Program-made: the position numbers and the translations under genes
Notes under the pieces: model-generated
What the model was told of the DNA's origin: nothing
Seen by the model: only the letters and a program-made list of their open reading frames with translations
Databases searched by the model: none
Source: Candidatus Tayloriibacteriota bacterium
GTDB taxonomy: Bacteria; Patescibacteriota; Minisyncoccia; Phycocordibacterales; PALSA-1337
Assembly: GCA_025353045.1 (NCBI GenBank)
Contig: JANXRK010000065.1
Span: forward strand, 1 to 36,831
Direction: 5' to 3'
DNA: 36,831 bases
Shown: in pieces, positions 34,599 to 36,831 of the stretch
How positions within the stretch are numbered: position 1 is the stretch's first letter
How the letters are laid out: each line of letters begins with the position of its first letter

Positions 34599-36387
34599 AA
34601 CATTATTAAAAAATAGAAAAGGCTTTACTCTAGTCGAAACGATCGTTGGTATCGGAGTCTTTCTTGTCATTGCCACGGCTTCATATCAAGCATATGTCAG
34701 TCTTTTTCTTCTTATTAATGAAAATCAATATAAAATTATTGAGCTTAATCTCGCCAATGAACAATTTGAGATCGTTAGGAATCTCTCATATGCCGATATT
34801 GGAATTCCTGGAGGAATTCCTAATGGTAAGGTTCCGCATGTGCAAACACTCACTCGAGGAGGTATAACTTTTACCGTGACAACTACAATACGAAATATCG
34901 ATTTGCCTTTTGATGGACAAATCGGAAGTACTACAAAAAATGATCTATCACCGGCAGATAATAAAGCTGTGGATGTTGAGGTTGCTTGTCCAACATGTAA
35001 AAGCTCAAGTTCTGTCACTTTGAGTACAACTGTAGCCCCTAAAAATCTCGAGACTGCTTCTACAAATGGAGCCCTTCTTATAAAAGTATTTGATTCAAAC
35101 GGCGTTCCAGTCTCAGATGCTGCTGTCCATATTGTAAATGCTTCATCGACAATCACTATTGATGATGTTACAGATGTCGATGGAATACTTACTATTGTTG
35201 ATGTTCCTCCAGCTTCTAATGCATATAAAATTACAGTTAGTAAGGCGGGATATTCGACAGATCAAACATATCCTTCAGGTGCAGTAGAGAATCCGACTCC
35301 GACTAAGCCAAACGCTACAGTTATTGTTCAACAATTAACTCAGATTAGTTTTTCTATTGATAAAATTTCAGTGTTCGCATTTTCTTCCGTCACACCTGAT
35401 TGTGTTGTTGTGCCAAATATTGATTTTTCCCTAACAGGATTAAAGAAGATTGGTACAAATATTCCAAAATATTCGCAAAATTTAATTACAAATAGTTCCG
35501 GAACATATACAAATTCAGTAATGGAATGGGATTCATATACTGTAAATGGTATTGATGGGGCTTACGATATCGTCGGTATTAATCCGCTTAACTCAATAAG
35601 TTTAGGGGCAAACACAACACAGAACGTTTCTTTGATAGTTGAACCTAAAAACGCTAAAAGTCTTTTGATGACTATTAAGGATTCTACAACGTTACTTCCA
35701 ATTACAAATGCTGTAGTTCAAGTAACAAACGGTGGATACGATGTCACTCAAACAACAGGTCGTGGTTTTATAAATCAAACTGATTGGTCAGGAGGAAGTG
35801 GGCAAGTAGATTTTACGGATGAAACAAAGTATTTTACTGATGATGGAAATATTGCCGTATTAAGTCCAACAGGCGAAGTGAAATTAAAAAGTGCTTTTGG
35901 AGCTTATAATACAAGCGGAAGTCTTGAATCTTCAATAATTGACACGGGTTCGCCAAGTAATTTTTATAATCTTATCTGGACGCCGACAGATCAGCCAGTT
36001 CTTACTGGGCCAAACAGTGTCAAATTCCAATTTGCAACAAACGCTACAAGTACAGCAACGACAACATGGACGTATAAAGGTCCTGATGGAACATCATCTA
36101 CCTACTACACTTCAGCAAACGCAGCACTTTCTACAGTCCACAACGGTGATCGATATGCTCGTTATAAGGTATTTTTAAATACCACGAGTACTACGACTAC
36201 ACCAAATATTTCAGATGTTTCATTTACAGAAACTTCTTCATGTACTCCTCCTGGCCAAGCAGTTTTCTCAGGATTGGCATCGGGAACATATCATGTAGTG
36301 GTTGGAAAGAGTGGATATGCAACATCAACTATCGACGTTCCAGTTAGTACTGAGTGGAAGGAACAGGAAATAATCTTAGGACCATAA
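34588..36387 (+). CDS. Large prepilin-type protein with carboxypeptidase-regulatory-like beta-sandwich repeats
   Basis: Type IV leader KGFTLVETIVGIG; GVPVSDAAVHI...YKITVSKAGY repeats; Thr/Ser-rich. Confidence 0.85.
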   Translation: MLYKTLLKNRKGFTLVETIVGIGVFLVIATASYQAYVSLFLLINENQYKIIELNLANEQFEIVRNLSYADIGIPGGIPNGKVPHVQTLTRGGITFTVTTTIRNIDLPFDGQIGSTTKNDLSPADNKAVDVEVACPTCKSSSSVTLSTTVAPKNLETASTNGALLIKVFDSNGVPVSDAAVHIVNASSTITIDDVTDVDGILTIVDVPPASNAYKITVSKAGYSTDQTYPSGAVENPTPTKPNATVIVQQLTQISFSIDKISVFAFSSVTPDCVVVPNIDFSLTGLKKIGTNIPKYSQNLITNSSGTYTNSVMEWDSYTVNGIDGAYDIVGINPLNSISLGANTTQNVSLIVEPKNAKSLLMTIKDSTTLLPITNAVVQVTNGGYDVTQTTGRGFINQTDWSGGSGQVDFTDETKYFTDDGNIAVLSPTGEVKLKSAFGAYNTSGSLESSIIDTGSPSNFYNLIWTPTDQPVLTGPNSVKFQFATNATSTATTTWTYKGPDGTSSTYYTSANAALSTVHNGDRYARYKVFLNTTSTTTTPNISDVSFTETSSCTPPGQAVFSGLASGTYHVVVGKSGYATSTIDVPVSTEWKEQEIILGP

Positions 36388-36388
36388 T

Positions 36389-36831
36389 ATGTATACAAAA
36401 GGATTTACATTGGCAGAAATTGTAGTTGTAGTAGGAATTTCTGGCCTTTTTGCTGTACTTGTTAGTAATTTTCAGAGAGATATTTTTCTTAATAATAAAT
36501 ATTCTCAAGACTCACTTTCAAGTGCTCAGGATGCTCGAACTATTATCCGCGTGATGGTAAAAGAGTTACGCACCGCATCCCCTGGAAGTGATGGATCATT
36601 TGCTATTGCTCAAGCAGCAACAAATACTATTACATTTTTTAGTGATACTGACGGGGATGGAATAAAAGATAAGATCCGATATTTTATTGCAACTACCACT
36701 TTGAAAAAAGGACTGATAAAACCAACAGGTAATCCCTTTACATATATTAATTCAAATGAAGTATTGACTACATTGGCTTCTGATATAAAAAATGCTACAA
36801 ACAGTTCAATGTTTGAATATTTTGATAATAC
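36389..36831 (+). CDS. Prepilin-type (PilW-like) minor pilin, runs off the window
   Basis: Manual translation MYTKGFTLAEIVVVVGISGLFAVLV...VKELRTA...FFSDTDGDG; open to the window end. Confidence 0.88.
   Translation, partial: MYTKGFTLAEIVVVVGISGLFAVLVSNFQRDIFLNNKYSQDSLSSAQDARTIIRVMVKELRTASPGSDGSFAIAQAATNTITFFSDTDGDGIKDKIRYFIATTTLKKGLIKPTGNPFTYINSNEVLTTLASDIKNATNSSMFEYFDN

Overview
AT-rich bacterial chromosome segment, standard code 11. The gene set, widespread leaderless start sites, PPIase-less trigger factor and GxAWSxNxGW-repeat surface protein suggest a Patescibacteria/CPR organism (Parcubacteria-like); this placement is inference. 1-20 kb is mostly housekeeping: comM, dksA-like, NYN, rpsO, xerC/D, xth, cca, four tRNAs, yraN, HU, rny, clpP, folC, rsmE, tig and nusA. 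This part also has a cluster of parS-like palindromes and a promoter-to-terminator, densely base-paired ~365-nt unit (5301-5665) that looks like an unannotated ncRNA, plus a shrunken RelB/RelE-type toxin-antitoxin pair. 20-31.5 kb is accessory. It holds a GC-rich secreted-protein gene with a Verrucomicrobia-like C-terminal motif, then a locus of two paralogous multi-TM histidine kinases flanking a divergent SET-domain/PRMT-like methyltransferase pair. Two pol-beta nucleotidyltransferases, a degenerate class I aaRS-like gene and an alpha/beta hydrolase follow. 31.6 kb to the end is a type IV pilus operon (pilB, pilC, two prepilin-like genes). All product calls come from motif recognition by eye; no searches were run.
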